Shown: positions 20,346 to 29,561 of the stretch, piece after piece
Numbering within the stretch: the first letter of the stretch is position 1
Layout of the letters: each line of letters begins with the position of its first letter
Assembly (NCBI GenBank): GCA_043820105.1
Contig: JBDREC010000086.1
Coordinates: 1-40,118, forward strand
Reading direction: 5' to 3'
Length of the DNA: 40,118 nucleotides
Origin: Pseudomonadota bacterium
Lineage (GTDB): Bacteria; Bdellovibrionota_F; JAHFAK01; JBDREC01
Translations under genes and position numbers: made by a program
Notes under the pieces: model-generated
What the model was told of the DNA's origin: nothing
The model's input: the letters and a program-made list of their open reading frames with translations, nothing else
Database searches by the model: none

Positions 20346-21719
20346 TTACTTATAATCCTTTGCACTTATACCGTATTTTTCAAGTTTTCTAAGCAGAGTC
20401 TTTTTAGGAATATTGGCGTGTTCAGCTGTTTGATTAATTTTGCCTTTAAAAGTTTTTAATGCTTTTATAATAAAATCTTTTTCGAATTGTTCTTTCATTA
20501 TCTGAAAATCTAATATTTCTTTTTTTGAATTTTCTTCATTTGTGCTTTCAGCATTTGTTAAAAATTCTGGTAATGCATTGGTAGTAAGTTCATTAGCGGT
20601 TTCAAGGATGTATGCACGTTCTATAATATTTTCAAGCTCCCTAATATTACCAGGCCAATTATATCGTTTTAAAATATTGATTACATCTTTAGATATTTTT
20701 ATAAGATTTTTTCCATGTGCTTTGTTGAATTTTTTTAAGAAGTGTTCCACAAGAAAATCAATATCTTCTTTTCTTTCACGAAGAGCTGGTAAGTAAACAG
20801 GAAGCACATTTAGTCTATAATATAAATCTTCTCTAAATTTATTTGTCTGAATAAATTCTTCTAAGTTTTGATTAGTTGCTGCAATTATTCTTACACTTGC
20901 ACCTAATTCAAGGTTTGAGCCAATTGGTGAAAAAACTTTTTCTTGAATAACTCTCAAAAGCTTTGCCTGCATTGAAATGGCTAAGTCTCCTATTTCATCA
21001 AGGAAAACTGTTCCACCCTCTGCATATTGAAACTTGCCAATTTTTCTTTGATCAGCTCCTGTAAAGGCACCTTTTTCGTGTCCAAAAAGTTCACTTTCAA
21101 TAAGATTTTCTGGAATTGCACTGCAATTAATTGCTACAAAGCGATTGTCTTTTCTTGAGCTATTGAAATGAATGGCCCTTGCGACAAGTTCCTTGCCTGT
21201 TCCACTTTCACCACGAATTAAAACGTTGGTTTCAAATTGAGTTAGTTTATCAATTATTTCAAAAACTTTTTTCATACCTTTGCTTGTTCCGATAAACTCT
21301 CTATCGCCACCGATTTTTAATATTGGAGATGATAAGGCAATGTCTCGAACCATTTCATTTGCTTCAAAAGCTCGTTCTACTATACTTTGAACATCCTCTT
21401 TTTTAACTGGTTTTGGTATGTAATTATAGGCCCCGTCTTTTATTGTTGAAACAGCATCCTTTATTGAAGCATAGGCTGTAAGCATTATAACAATAATTGA
21501 GGGATCATATTGCTTGATTTTTTTTAAGGCCTCTAAACCATTCATCTTGGGCATATCAACATCAAGCAAAACCAAGTCAAATGATTCAGCTTCAATTTTG
21601 CCAACAGCTTCTTGGCCGTCACAGGCTTCATCAAGCAGAAATTTTTCATCATTTGCAAAAGCTTGCTTAACTATTTGGCGATGGTTAGGGTCATCATCAA
21701 CAACCAGAATTCGTTTCAC
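20346..21719 (-). CDS. Sigma54-dependent response regulator, NtrC/AtoC family (REC-AAA+-Fis HTH)
   Basis: REC (VVDDD, LLDVDMP, YIPKP), GESGTGKE, ESELFGHEKGAFTGA, FREDLYYRL, WPGNIRELEN, C-terminal HTH. GGAGG RBS before GTG. Confidence 0.95.
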   Translation of the reverse strand: MKRILVVDDDPNHRQIVKQAFANDEKFLLDEACDGQEAVGKIEAESFDLVLLDVDMPKMNGLEALKKIKQYDPSIIVIMLTAYASIKDAVSTIKDGAYNYIPKPVKKEDVQSIVERAFEANEMVRDIALSSPILKIGGDREFIGTSKGMKKVFEIIDKLTQFETNVLIRGESGTGKELVARAIHFNSSRKDNRFVAINCSAIPENLIESELFGHEKGAFTGADQRKIGKFQYAEGGTVFLDEIGDLAISMQAKLLRVIQEKVFSPIGSNLELGASVRIIAATNQNLEEFIQTNKFREDLYYRLNVLPVYLPALRERKEDIDFLVEHFLKKFNKAHGKNLIKISKDVINILKRYNWPGNIRELENIIERAYILETANELTTNALPEFLTNAESTNEENSKKEILDFQIMKEQFEKDFIIKALKTFKGKINQTAEHANIPKKTLLRKLEKYGISAKDYK

Positions 21720-21738
21720 GAAACACCTCCAGTAATAT

Positions 21739-21780
21739 TAAGTGGTAAGTGGTAGGTGGTAAGTGGTAAGTGGTAAGTGC
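21739..21780. repeat. Heptamer array (TAAGTGG)x6 in the leader of the NtrC-type gene
   Basis: TAAGTGG TAAGTGG TAGGTGG TAAGTGG TAAGTGG TAAGTGC. Confidence 0.92.
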
Positions 21781-21857
21781 TATGTAGTTCATCTATTCAA
21801 ATACCAGTCTACCTTGATAGTTTATTAAATTAAATTAAGATCTTGGTCAAGAAAATA

Positions 21858-21872
21858 GTGGCATTTTGTCAC
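21858..21872. promoter_or_regulatory. Imperfect palindrome, possible HTH-regulator site upstream of the NtrC-type gene
   Basis: GTGGCA-TTT-TGTCAC (one mismatch), about 140 bp upstream of the regulator start. Confidence 0.35.
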
Positions 21873-21875
21873 CAG

Positions 21876-22646
21876 CTAAAGTAGCAAAATTGGAATGATT
21901 ATGCTTGCTCCAAGCAAAAGCATAATCATTGTAGAAATAAAATAAACACCTTGCTTTTCTTCGCCTGTTATTTCAACTCCATCTTTATCAAGATCTTTAT
22001 TTTGTGATATGAAGACATTATCAAATTTAAAGACATTATTGTTCGATGTATTTACTAATTTATTAAAAAAGACTTTACCTTTATATGAAACGCTAAGTTG
22101 ATAGTTGGCTCTTTTCATATTCAATAAAATAGGTGAAACACCTGCGAACTTATAGTTTATATAAATTTCCCCGTTATCTGGAAAAGTAATAAATGAACAA
22201 ATTCCAGTTTTATCACTAAAAAGCCAATTTTTATTTGTGCTAAGATATTCAGAAATACTTTGTTCAACTATTTCATTATTATAAAAATTAAAAGTTTTGG
22301 ATATATAATTACCATCTGCTTCATAGATATAAAATAAAAATGACAAATTATTATTCTGTCCAAAAACATTAAAACTATTTGCTGCATATAGTTTATCTTC
22401 AGTGAGGTTCAGCATTTCAAGAGCAGCCTTGTTTTTTATAACAATTAAATTTTTAAATATTTCTAAATCTTTTGCTATTTCATTTTGTATTGCTAATGGA
22501 ATATTGCTTCCAACAACAAAGCCTATTTGATAAGAAACATTTTGATTTATACTATAGTCAGTTGGAGGGGGTGTTTTTGCGGCACATCCGAAAAGTGAGA
22601 TAAATATTAATAAAAATAGGGTGTGCAGCAATTTATATATTTTCAT
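21876..22646 (-). CDS. Lipoprotein with PEGA-like domain and C-terminal TM helix
   Basis: Lipobox LFGC; PEGA-like ITFPDNGEIYINYKFAGVSP...YQLSV; hydrophobic C-terminus. Confidence 0.65.
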   Translation of the reverse strand: MKIYKLLHTLFLLIFISLFGCAAKTPPPTDYSINQNVSYQIGFVVGSNIPLAIQNEIAKDLEIFKNLIVIKNKAALEMLNLTEDKLYAANSFNVFGQNNNLSFLFYIYEADGNYISKTFNFYNNEIVEQSISEYLSTNKNWLFSDKTGICSFITFPDNGEIYINYKFAGVSPILLNMKRANYQLSVSYKGKVFFNKLVNTSNNNVFKFDNVFISQNKDLDKDGVEITGEEKQGVYFISTMIMLLLGASIIIPILLL

Positions 22647-23110
22647 TAGTTATTATCCTGAACGTGAGCTATCACAATTGTATCAGCGAAAATATCTCCA
22701 GCTCTTCTTCCTTGTTCATTTGTAAAAATTAAATAAATTTCAACTGCAAAAATACCTAAACCAACTGTAAAAAATAATAAAAGACCAAGCACTGGAAAGG
22801 ATAATATGGCTGCTACAATTCCTAAAGGTATGTTTCTAATTATTGATTTTTTTATATCACAATCTTTTGAGTTATCCTTTAAGTTTACAACTTGCAAATC
22901 AAACAGACGTTTTCCTGGACTTTGGCCTGATAGCATAGAATCAGAAACAAAGATAAATAATAAACCAAGTATTGATCCACCAATGCCAAAAAGTGTAATT
23001 AAAATTATGAATATGGCAATATCAACGAGTTTAGCTACAAGTCTTTTTGCAGGAAGGCCGGAATCTTGCTTTGCAATTTTTTCAATATTATTTAAAATCT
23101 TGTTTTTCAT
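22646..23110 (-). CDS. RDD family membrane protein
   Basis: KRLVAKLVD, GQSPGKRLFDLQVV, RN, GRRAGDIFADTIV. Stop overlaps the next start by 1 nt. Confidence 0.88.
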   Translation of the reverse strand: MKNKILNNIEKIAKQDSGLPAKRLVAKLVDIAIFIILITLFGIGGSILGLLFIFVSDSMLSGQSPGKRLFDLQVVNLKDNSKDCDIKKSIIRNIPLGIVAAILSFPVLGLLLFFTVGLGIFAVEIYLIFTNEQGRRAGDIFADTIVIAHVQDNN

Positions 23111-23338
23111 ATCTTACTCCTTTTTTTTGTATCATAGAGAGGCAAGATTTAATTATTAGAAAAGAAAAGTAAACGCGTGGGCAAATTAAGTCAAAGTAAA
23201 AATTATTTCAATGCGATATTATGGTCCCTATTTTTTAGGCTAATTTCATAAAAGCCTACTTTTATTCAATAAAACTTATATCTTAGAAATAAAAACATTG
23301 TATAAACAGGCACTTGAATGTTAGTGTTTTGTTTTGTT

Positions 23339-23356
23339 TTGGTATCAAATTTGCAT
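23339..23356 (+). promoter_or_regulatory. Putative sigma54 (-24/-12) promoter
   Basis: TTGGTATCAAATTTGCAT is GG(23341-42)-N10-GC(23353-54). IHF-like AATAAAAACATTG (1 mismatch to WATCAAN4TTR) at 23288-23300. Confidence 0.65.
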
Positions 23357-23429
23357 AATCAATACAATGAGCATTACAACGCGGGGGCATTATATGACTT
23401 TTTTATATTATTTAAGAGCTTACAAGGTT

Positions 23430-25583
23430 ATGAAACGATTAATTATTATCATATTTATTTACTTTCTTTTTTTCTCATCCCTATCTTTTTGCCAAGACAA
23501 TTGCATAAATTTATTTGGGAAAAATACTAAGAATATTTATATTCAGGATGTTTCTAGAGTTGATCAAATAATACTTTCATCAAATCAAGGGCAAGAAAAA
23601 GTATCACCAGAACAAATCCAAATAAATGAAGCTAGCAATTTAATGCTTGAACGAATTGCCCAGGCGGATTCTAAAAAGAAAGCAGCATTAGCTGATACTG
23701 TAAATCGTTGTGAAGTTGATATGTATAAAAGACCAGCTTTTGATGCGTTTTATGAATTAGCAGAAGCAGGTGAGTGGGTGGTAATTCTTAGATCTGATAA
23801 GAGTGATGGTGGCGGATATACCTTGGCTGAGGGTCGGGATGTAGCTGATAATGGCTTTAGGGATTTTTACTTTAAACCTTTGGAAAATCTCGCTGAGGAG
23901 CTTGGTGGCATAGCTGGATCTTTTGGTCAGGGAGATGAAGCTGGAATAATTATTGTAGGCTTAGATCCTAAAATTGTTATAGATCATGCTAATGCATTTC
24001 TTCACAAATTATCTCAAAAGCAGCCAGAAAAAGGCCTGCATTATTTGGGTAAATATTCCATGGATTATTTAACAATCAATGGTTTTAGAATTGGTATTGC
24101 TTATGGTGAAAAACCAGGAAATAAAAGAGATCAAGTTGAGTTTTATAATAATCTGCATGAACTAGCGGACTCTAGAGCTGAAAATGGAAAAATCCATGAA
24201 GTAAGTGAAGTAAATAGTTTTGATGGTCGAAATCCAATAGAAATAATAAATGAAAAATATATTGAAATAATTGAAGAGTCTTTCGTTGAGTCAGCTCGTC
24301 AGGGCAGAGTAATGTCTAGCTTACTGCATGAACATATTGATGCAAGATCAGAATTTATTCCTCGAGGTGAGGATGTTGAAGCTGAAAGAAATAGAATAAA
24401 AGATGCAATTGCAAAGTTGGGTGGAAAGGGATTTTTAATAGACGCACAGTTTGAATTTTCACCGGAAATGTATAGAAAAGTTTGGTCAATATTATTTACA
24501 CAAAATAAAGGTCTGGGTGAAGCAATACAAGGAAAAGCCAGAATAAAAGTATTCAATTCTATCTGGGATCACGCTGGTGGAGACCTTGCTATTGCTGCTT
24601 CAGCCAGAGGCCTTAAACTTTCTTTAAATAGTATTATAGGAGAAGATAATTATAAATATCCACAAGATATACTAGTAGATGGAAAAAATGAAAAAGATAT
24701 TAAAGAAGGTGATATTATTGTTTGGATGCAAGACGCTCCTGATTTATGGGCTGTCTTCATTGTAGGCAAAGACATTGATTTTCCAATGGGATTAAATGAA
24801 ACAATGAAGCAAATGGATCATCTTTTCCCTTTGGGCATAGCTGACATTCTTAATAGAAGGCAAGTTGTTGCAAAAGCCAGGGTTGTTGGCTTTGAAATAG
24901 AAGAAAATTCTAGCCTAAAAGATGCTTATGAAATGTTTGAAAATTCATTTGCTCTTATGCAAGCAGCTCATAAAGTAGGTAGAGAAAGCACAGTAGAAAG
25001 TCCTTATCTTTATACAGGTTCAAAACAAGAACTAAGAACTTTATCAAGATATCAAATGATTGATTTGACTGCTACCTGGTTTTTAAGATTTTTAAGGGAT
25101 TTGAATTCATTAACAGAAGAAGATTTTTTTGCAAAACATGGACAGGAAGACCGTGACATGGCCCCAATGTTTAGGCTTCTTTATTTTTTACAAGATAAAT
25201 TTTCAATGGTTGGATATTCAGAAAATGAGAATCCATTACTTGAAGAAAATCTTAGACCTCCTGAGATGCAAGGTTATTCGGCGGATGAGGCAAGAATAGT
25301 AATTTTTGGAAGAGGAAGTATTGACGCTATGGAAAATTTTAGAAAATTTGGTCGCTATTCTGATGATCCAGATCTTTCCATGGGTGATACTTGGCAAGTG
25401 GATCAAATAAATATTCTAAAGTGGATAGATGAGTGGTTAAATATCGCAGAAAATAAAGATGCTGTGATAGAGAGTTATTTTCAATATAGGCAAGATGCCA
25501 AATATGAGAATGAGCCAACAATAGGATTCTTATTTAGCAATAATATTACAATTGAACTAGCTACAGTTGCAGCAGCAGCCTGA
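23430..25583 (+). CDS. Exported hypothetical protein (717 aa) with two degenerate GGDEF-like domains; start revised from 23334 to ATG 23430
   Basis: MKRLIIIIFIYFLFFSSLSFC signal after an AAGGT RBS and downstream of the sigma54-like site. GGDEF-like motifs aligned by eye (see findings). Confidence 0.6.
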   Translation: MKRLIIIIFIYFLFFSSLSFCQDNCINLFGKNTKNIYIQDVSRVDQIILSSNQGQEKVSPEQIQINEASNLMLERIAQADSKKKAALADTVNRCEVDMYKRPAFDAFYELAEAGEWVVILRSDKSDGGGYTLAEGRDVADNGFRDFYFKPLENLAEELGGIAGSFGQGDEAGIIIVGLDPKIVIDHANAFLHKLSQKQPEKGLHYLGKYSMDYLTINGFRIGIAYGEKPGNKRDQVEFYNNLHELADSRAENGKIHEVSEVNSFDGRNPIEIINEKYIEIIEESFVESARQGRVMSSLLHEHIDARSEFIPRGEDVEAERNRIKDAIAKLGGKGFLIDAQFEFSPEMYRKVWSILFTQNKGLGEAIQGKARIKVFNSIWDHAGGDLAIAASARGLKLSLNSIIGEDNYKYPQDILVDGKNEKDIKEGDIIVWMQDAPDLWAVFIVGKDIDFPMGLNETMKQMDHLFPLGIADILNRRQVVAKARVVGFEIEENSSLKDAYEMFENSFALMQAAHKVGRESTVESPYLYTGSKQELRTLSRYQMIDLTATWFLRFLRDLNSLTEEDFFAKHGQEDRDMAPMFRLLYFLQDKFSMVGYSENENPLLEENLRPPEMQGYSADEARIVIFGRGSIDAMENFRKFGRYSDDPDLSMGDTWQVDQINILKWIDEWLNIAENKDAVIESYFQYRQDAKYENEPTIGFLFSNNITIELATVAAAA

Positions 25584-26096
25584 TGGTTTTATTTTTTTTA
25601 ATAGCTCACAGCCAAATGCTTCGGCTGCTTCAGGCCCTGATGCTGTAATAAATTTTCCATCAACTTCAACATCCTTTCCTGTATAATTTGCATTTTTACT
25701 TGCTAGAGCTTCTTTGGTTTCATCAGATGGATAAACGGTTGCATTTTTATTGTCCAATACTCCAGCATTGGCTAAAGTAACAGGCGCTATGCAAATAGCA
25801 GCTAGGACTTTATTCATGCTGTAAAATTCTTTTGCAAGAGTGTGAGCTTTTTCATTTTCCCAATAGCAGGAAGAACCATAGCCCCCAATAAATACAATTG
25901 CATCATAATCAGCTGAATTAATGTCATCAATTAATATATCTGCTTTGGCTGTTCCACCAAGCATTCCTGTTGCTTCTTCTAGTGAAGTTGAAGCAAGGGT
26001 AACCTGGACACCGCCGTTTTCAAGTATTTCCATAGGTTTAAAAAGTTCTTCATCCCTAAAATCTTTTGGGGCAATTATAAATAAAGCTTTTTTCAT
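25557..26096 (-). CDS. DJ-1/PfpI family protein (start probably ATG 26096)
   Basis: FRDEEL, YDAIVFIGGYG, AAICIAP nucleophile elbow, ITASGP. GAGGA RBS before MKKALF. Confidence 0.92.
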   Translation of the reverse strand: MKKALFIIAPKDFRDEELFKPMEILENGGVQVTLASTSLEEATGMLGGTAKADILIDDINSADYDAIVFIGGYGSSCYWENEKAHTLAKEFYSMNKVLAAICIAPVTLANAGVLDNKNATVYPSDETKEALASKNANYTGKDVEVDGKFITASGPEAAEAFGCELLKKIKPSGCCCNCS

Positions 26097-26263
26097 GATA
26101 TTCCTCATTATTTTGTGTTATGTATTCCTTGATTTAGTAAGTAATCTAAAATAAAGGAGAATTTGTCAATAGATTTTCAGCTAACATTTTTCTTGATATT
26201 TTGCATATGCTTTTGTTATTTGCTTGAATTCAAAATAAATTCTAATTTTATTTGAGGTTTTAT

Positions 26264-26680
26264 TTGAAAAGTTTAAGAAAAGAACTTTGGTTTGAAACAT
26301 CTAATCGTCGTGAATTTATTAATATAACAAAAAAAGTACAAGAACTTGTCGCCGAAAGTGATGTGAAAGAAGGCCTTGTTTTGGTAAATGCCATGCATAT
26401 TACAGCTTCAGTTTTTATTAATGATCATGAAAGTGGTTTATGGCAGGATTTTGAGAATTGGCTTGAAAAATTAGCTCCTGAAAAGCCTTATGATCAATAT
26501 AGGCATAATGGATATGAAGATAATGCAGATGCTCATTTGAAAAGAACAATAATGGGAAGAGAAGTCGTAGTAGCTGTTACTGATGGCCAGCTTGATTTAG
26601 GTCCATGGGAACAAATTTTCTATGGTGAATTTGATGGGAAAAGAAAGAAAAGAGTACTTGTTAAGATAATTGGTCAATAG
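26264..26680 (+). CDS. yjbQ: YjbQ/UPF0047 family protein (secondary thiamine-phosphate synthase-like)
   Basis: [34 protein letters not shown]. The GAGGT RBS favours TTG 26264 over 26252. Confidence 0.9.
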   Translation: MKSLRKELWFETSNRREFINITKKVQELVAESDVKEGLVLVNAMHITASVFINDHESGLWQDFENWLEKLAPEKPYDQYRHNGYEDNADAHLKRTIMGREVVVAVTDGQLDLGPWEQIFYGEFDGKRKKRVLVKIIGQ

Positions 26681-26748
26681 CTATATTCGCTTGACTGATT
26701 ATTTCGAAAATGTTTGTTAAGATTAATTAATTTTATTTGGAGTTTAAA

Positions 26749-26946
26749 ATGCTACCAGGTTTTGGTGAATGGGTTATTATTTTACTTATAATACTTACTA
26801 TTTTTGGTGCGTCAAGGATTCCTAAGCTAGGAAAAGCTCTTGGTGAAGGGATTAAAAATTTTAAAAGTGGAATAAAAGAAGCTAAACAAGAAGAAGATAC
26901 AAAAAAAGTAGAAAGCGAATCAGATAGTGAGCAAGAAAAAGCATAA
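26749..26946 (+). CDS. tatA: Twin-arginine translocase subunit TatA
   Basis: GEWVIILLIILTIFGASRIPKLGKALGEGIKNFK; GGAG RBS before ATG 26749. Confidence 0.93.
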   Translation: MLPGFGEWVIILLIILTIFGASRIPKLGKALGEGIKNFKSGIKEAKQEEDTKKVESESDSEQEKA

Positions 26947-28669
26947 GAATTCGATTAAGCTCCTTTCTCAAAATACCATTAATAAAATCGCAGCAGGTGA
27001 AGTTATTGAAAGACCTGCGTCCATTTTAAAAGAACTAATTGAAAATTCTATTGACGCTCAAAGTAAAAATATTACTGTTGAGCTTGGCAATTCCTTGCCT
27101 TGGTTTCTTTCTATTACTGATGATGGAATAGGAATGAATCACGATGATTTAAGCTTGTGTGTTAAAAGGCATGCAACAAGTAAACTTACAGAAGAAGAAG
27201 ACCTTTTAAGCCTTAATACGTTGGGTTTTCGAGGCGAGGCTTTGCCTAGTATTGCATCGATTTCAAAGATGGCCCTAGAATCAAGAACACGTGATGATCT
27301 GACTGGTCGCTTACTTAGGATTGAAGGCGGGTTTGAAGATGAGATACAAGAAGTAGCACTTCCATATGGAACAAAAATAACAATTAAAGATATCTTTTTT
27401 AATACTCCTGCCCGGCAAAAGTTTTTAAAAAGATATGCAACTGAACTTAATCATGCCATTGAAATTTTTTATTTAACTGCCTTTATACATCAAAACATAT
27501 CCTTTAAGTTATATAAAGGAAAGCAGCTTGTGTACCATTTTTCTGAAAATACAAGCATTAGGGAAAGAGCGCAAAATGTCTTTGGTTCAGAATTTTATAA
27601 TAATTCTGCTAATTTAAAATCTGAAAATGAAACTTATAGATTAAATGGAATTATTTCAAGTTCAAGATATACTAAATCAAATAGCAAAAATATTATTTTC
27701 TACGTTAATAATAGATCTGTTCGTGATAAAACTTTGATACACGCTGTTACTCATGCTTATAAAAATTTTATTCCATACGGGAGATATCCAGCTGTTGTTC
27801 TTTCATTACAATGTCCACAAGATATGGTTGATATTAATGTTCATCCAGCGAAGTCAGAAGTTAGGTTTGTTGATCAATCTCAGATATATCGTTTTGTTTA
27901 TCATGCTATAAAAGATAAATTGGAGTTTGGGGAAAAAGAGCACAAGGGAACAAGGGAACAAGAAATTAATTCAAAATTCAAAATTCAAAATTCAAAATTA
28001 ACCAATGAAATAAGTACAAGCAATATTGTGTCACTAAATTCATTTCCATCTCAGGAAAACTTATGGGTTAAAGAAGAAACGGGTTACTTTGAATCAATGG
28101 AAGTTATTGGGCAATATGATGCAAGTTATATTGTTTGTGAAAGCAGTGATAATAAGCTTTATTTATTTGATCAGCATGCGATGGCTGAAAGGGTTGCTTA
28201 CGAAAAAATTCTCGAAAGTTATGATGCAAAGAATGTAATTTCACAGAAATTACTTTTTCCTGTATCAATTGATTTAAAAAAAGGCACCTTATCTCAAATT
28301 GAAATATTTTTTGAAAAATTTAAGGAGATAGGATTTGAAGTAGAAGCATTTGGCGAAGAAACAATAATAATTAATTCCCATCCTGCAATCATTAGTTCAT
28401 CAAATATTGAGTCTATTATAATTGATATAATTGAAGAACTACTGGTTCTTGGAGATATTAGAAAATTTGATGACATTATTCATAAGCTAATTTCAATGCT
28501 TGCTTGCAAAGCTTCTATTAAAGCAGGAGCTTTAATGAATGTTGAAGAAATAAAACAGCTTTTAAAAGATGTTGATAAGCTGGGAATTGGTTTAACATGC
28601 CCTCATGGCAGACCCTTTGCAAAAGAGTTTGAAAAAGCAGAAGTCATGAAGTGGTTTCATAGGAAGTGA
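26927..28669 (+). CDS. mutL: DNA mismatch repair endonuclease MutL
   Basis: IAAGEVIERPAS, ELIENSIDA, GFRGEALPSI, DINVHPAK; C-terminal endonuclease motifs DQHAxxERxxYE and CPHGRP (MutH-independent type). Confidence 0.97.
   Translation: MSKKKHKNSIKLLSQNTINKIAAGEVIERPASILKELIENSIDAQSKNITVELGNSLPWFLSITDDGIGMNHDDLSLCVKRHATSKLTEEEDLLSLNTLGFRGEALPSIASISKMALESRTRDDLTGRLLRIEGGFEDEIQEVALPYGTKITIKDIFFNTPARQKFLKRYATELNHAIEIFYLTAFIHQNISFKLYKGKQLVYHFSENTSIRERAQNVFGSEFYNNSANLKSENETYRLNGIISSSRYTKSNSKNIIFYVNNRSVRDKTLIHAVTHAYKNFIPYGRYPAVVLSLQCPQDMVDINVHPAKSEVRFVDQSQIYRFVYHAIKDKLEFGEKEHKGTREQEINSKFKIQNSKLTNEISTSNIVSLNSFPSQENLWVKEETGYFESMEVIGQYDASYIVCESSDNKLYLFDQHAMAERVAYEKILESYDAKNVISQKLLFPVSIDLKKGTLSQIEIFFEKFKEIGFEVEAFGEETIIINSHPAIISSSNIESIIIDIIEELLVLGDIRKFDDIIHKLISMLACKASIKAGALMNVEEIKQLLKDVDKLGIGLTCPHGRPFAKEFEKAEVMKWFHRK
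27943..27999. repeat. Intragenic repeats in the MutL linker: (CAAGGGAA)x2.5 then (AATTCAA)x4.6
   Basis: CAAGGGAA CAAGGGAA CAAG at 27943-27962; AATTCAA x4 + AATT at 27968-27999, encoding NSKFKIQNSKL. Confidence 0.9.
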
Positions 28670-28677
28670 CAATGAAC

Positions 28678-28971
28678 TTATTCTGCTTCATTTGAAACTT
28701 TATCTAATTTTTTATTTAGTTTATTAACTTTTCTTCTAAGGTGAGTAATATAAACGCCTGATCTTAAAATCTCAAAAAATACAAGCAAGATCATGAATAA
28801 GATGCCTGAACCAATAGATAATAATATGATCAAATAAAGTGGTATTGGTCCAACGGGTTTTCTTAAAAAGCTAATTGTTATTTCTTGAGTGTTTGATGCA
28901 ACAAAGTCACCTAAAATAAGAACAATTGCAATAATAAGAACTATGAAAAATACTTTTTTTAATAATCTCAT
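28678..28971 (-). CDS. LapA (DUF1049)-like small membrane protein
   Basis: TM, F-x2-SN-x3-I-x-I-x-F, P-L-x-L, second TM, basic coiled tail. Position downstream of rpsA-sppA-HIT. Confidence 0.7.
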   Translation of the reverse strand: MRLLKKVFFIVLIIAIVLILGDFVASNTQEITISFLRKPVGPIPLYLIILLSIGSGILFMILLVFFEILRSGVYITHLRRKVNKLNKKLDKVSNEAE

Positions 28972-29043
28972 CTTTTCACCAAGATTAATTATAATTTATT
29001 AAACTATCTTAAATATATTTAAATTAAATTTCAATTTAATATA

Positions 29044-29544
29044 TTAAATATTTTCTATCTTTTTAAATTCTTTACTCAAAATATTATATGTATTTTGGAT
29101 ATGATCAGAAATAACTCTTGTTTCTGAAATTACACACATATAATTTGAATCACCAAGCCATCTAGGAACAATATGAAAGTGTAAGTGATCTACAATACCT
29201 GCTCCAGCCACTTGTTCTAAATTACATCCTATATTAAAGCCTTCAGGATTTAGAGTCTTTTTTAGCATTTCAACTGACTTGGATATTGTTTTCATTATTT
29301 TTAGTTGAGTTTCTTCATTTAAGGTTTCAATATTTCTTTCGTGGTTTTTAGGTATAACTAAAAGATGGCCATTTATATATGGAAATTTATTCATTGAAAC
29401 ACAAATTGTATTATCTCTATATAATAACAAGTTTTCTTCTAAGGTTTTAGCCTGAAAAAAGTTGCAAAAAATACAGGATGCAGTTTTATTATCTTTTGTG
29501 GAAAGGATGTAATCCATTCTCCATGGAGCCCATAATTGTTTCAA
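29044..29544 (-). CDS. HIT-family nucleotide hydrolase (Ap4A phosphorylase-like)
   Basis: LWAPWRMDYI, CIFC, NKFPYINGHLLVIP, HLHFHIVPRW. Confidence 0.93.
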   Translation of the reverse strand: MKQLWAPWRMDYILSTKDNKTASCIFCNFFQAKTLEENLLLYRDNTICVSMNKFPYINGHLLVIPKNHERNIETLNEETQLKIMKTISKSVEMLKKTLNPEGFNIGCNLEQVAGAGIVDHLHFHIVPRWLGDSNYMCVISETRVISDHIQNTYNILSKEFKKIENI

Positions 29545-29561
29545 TTTATTTATTCCTTAGA

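Noticed and set aside
23334-23429. Longer N-terminus of the 749-aa ORF
   Set aside because: It overlaps the sigma54-like promoter. ATG 23430 has an RBS and gives a clean signal peptide.
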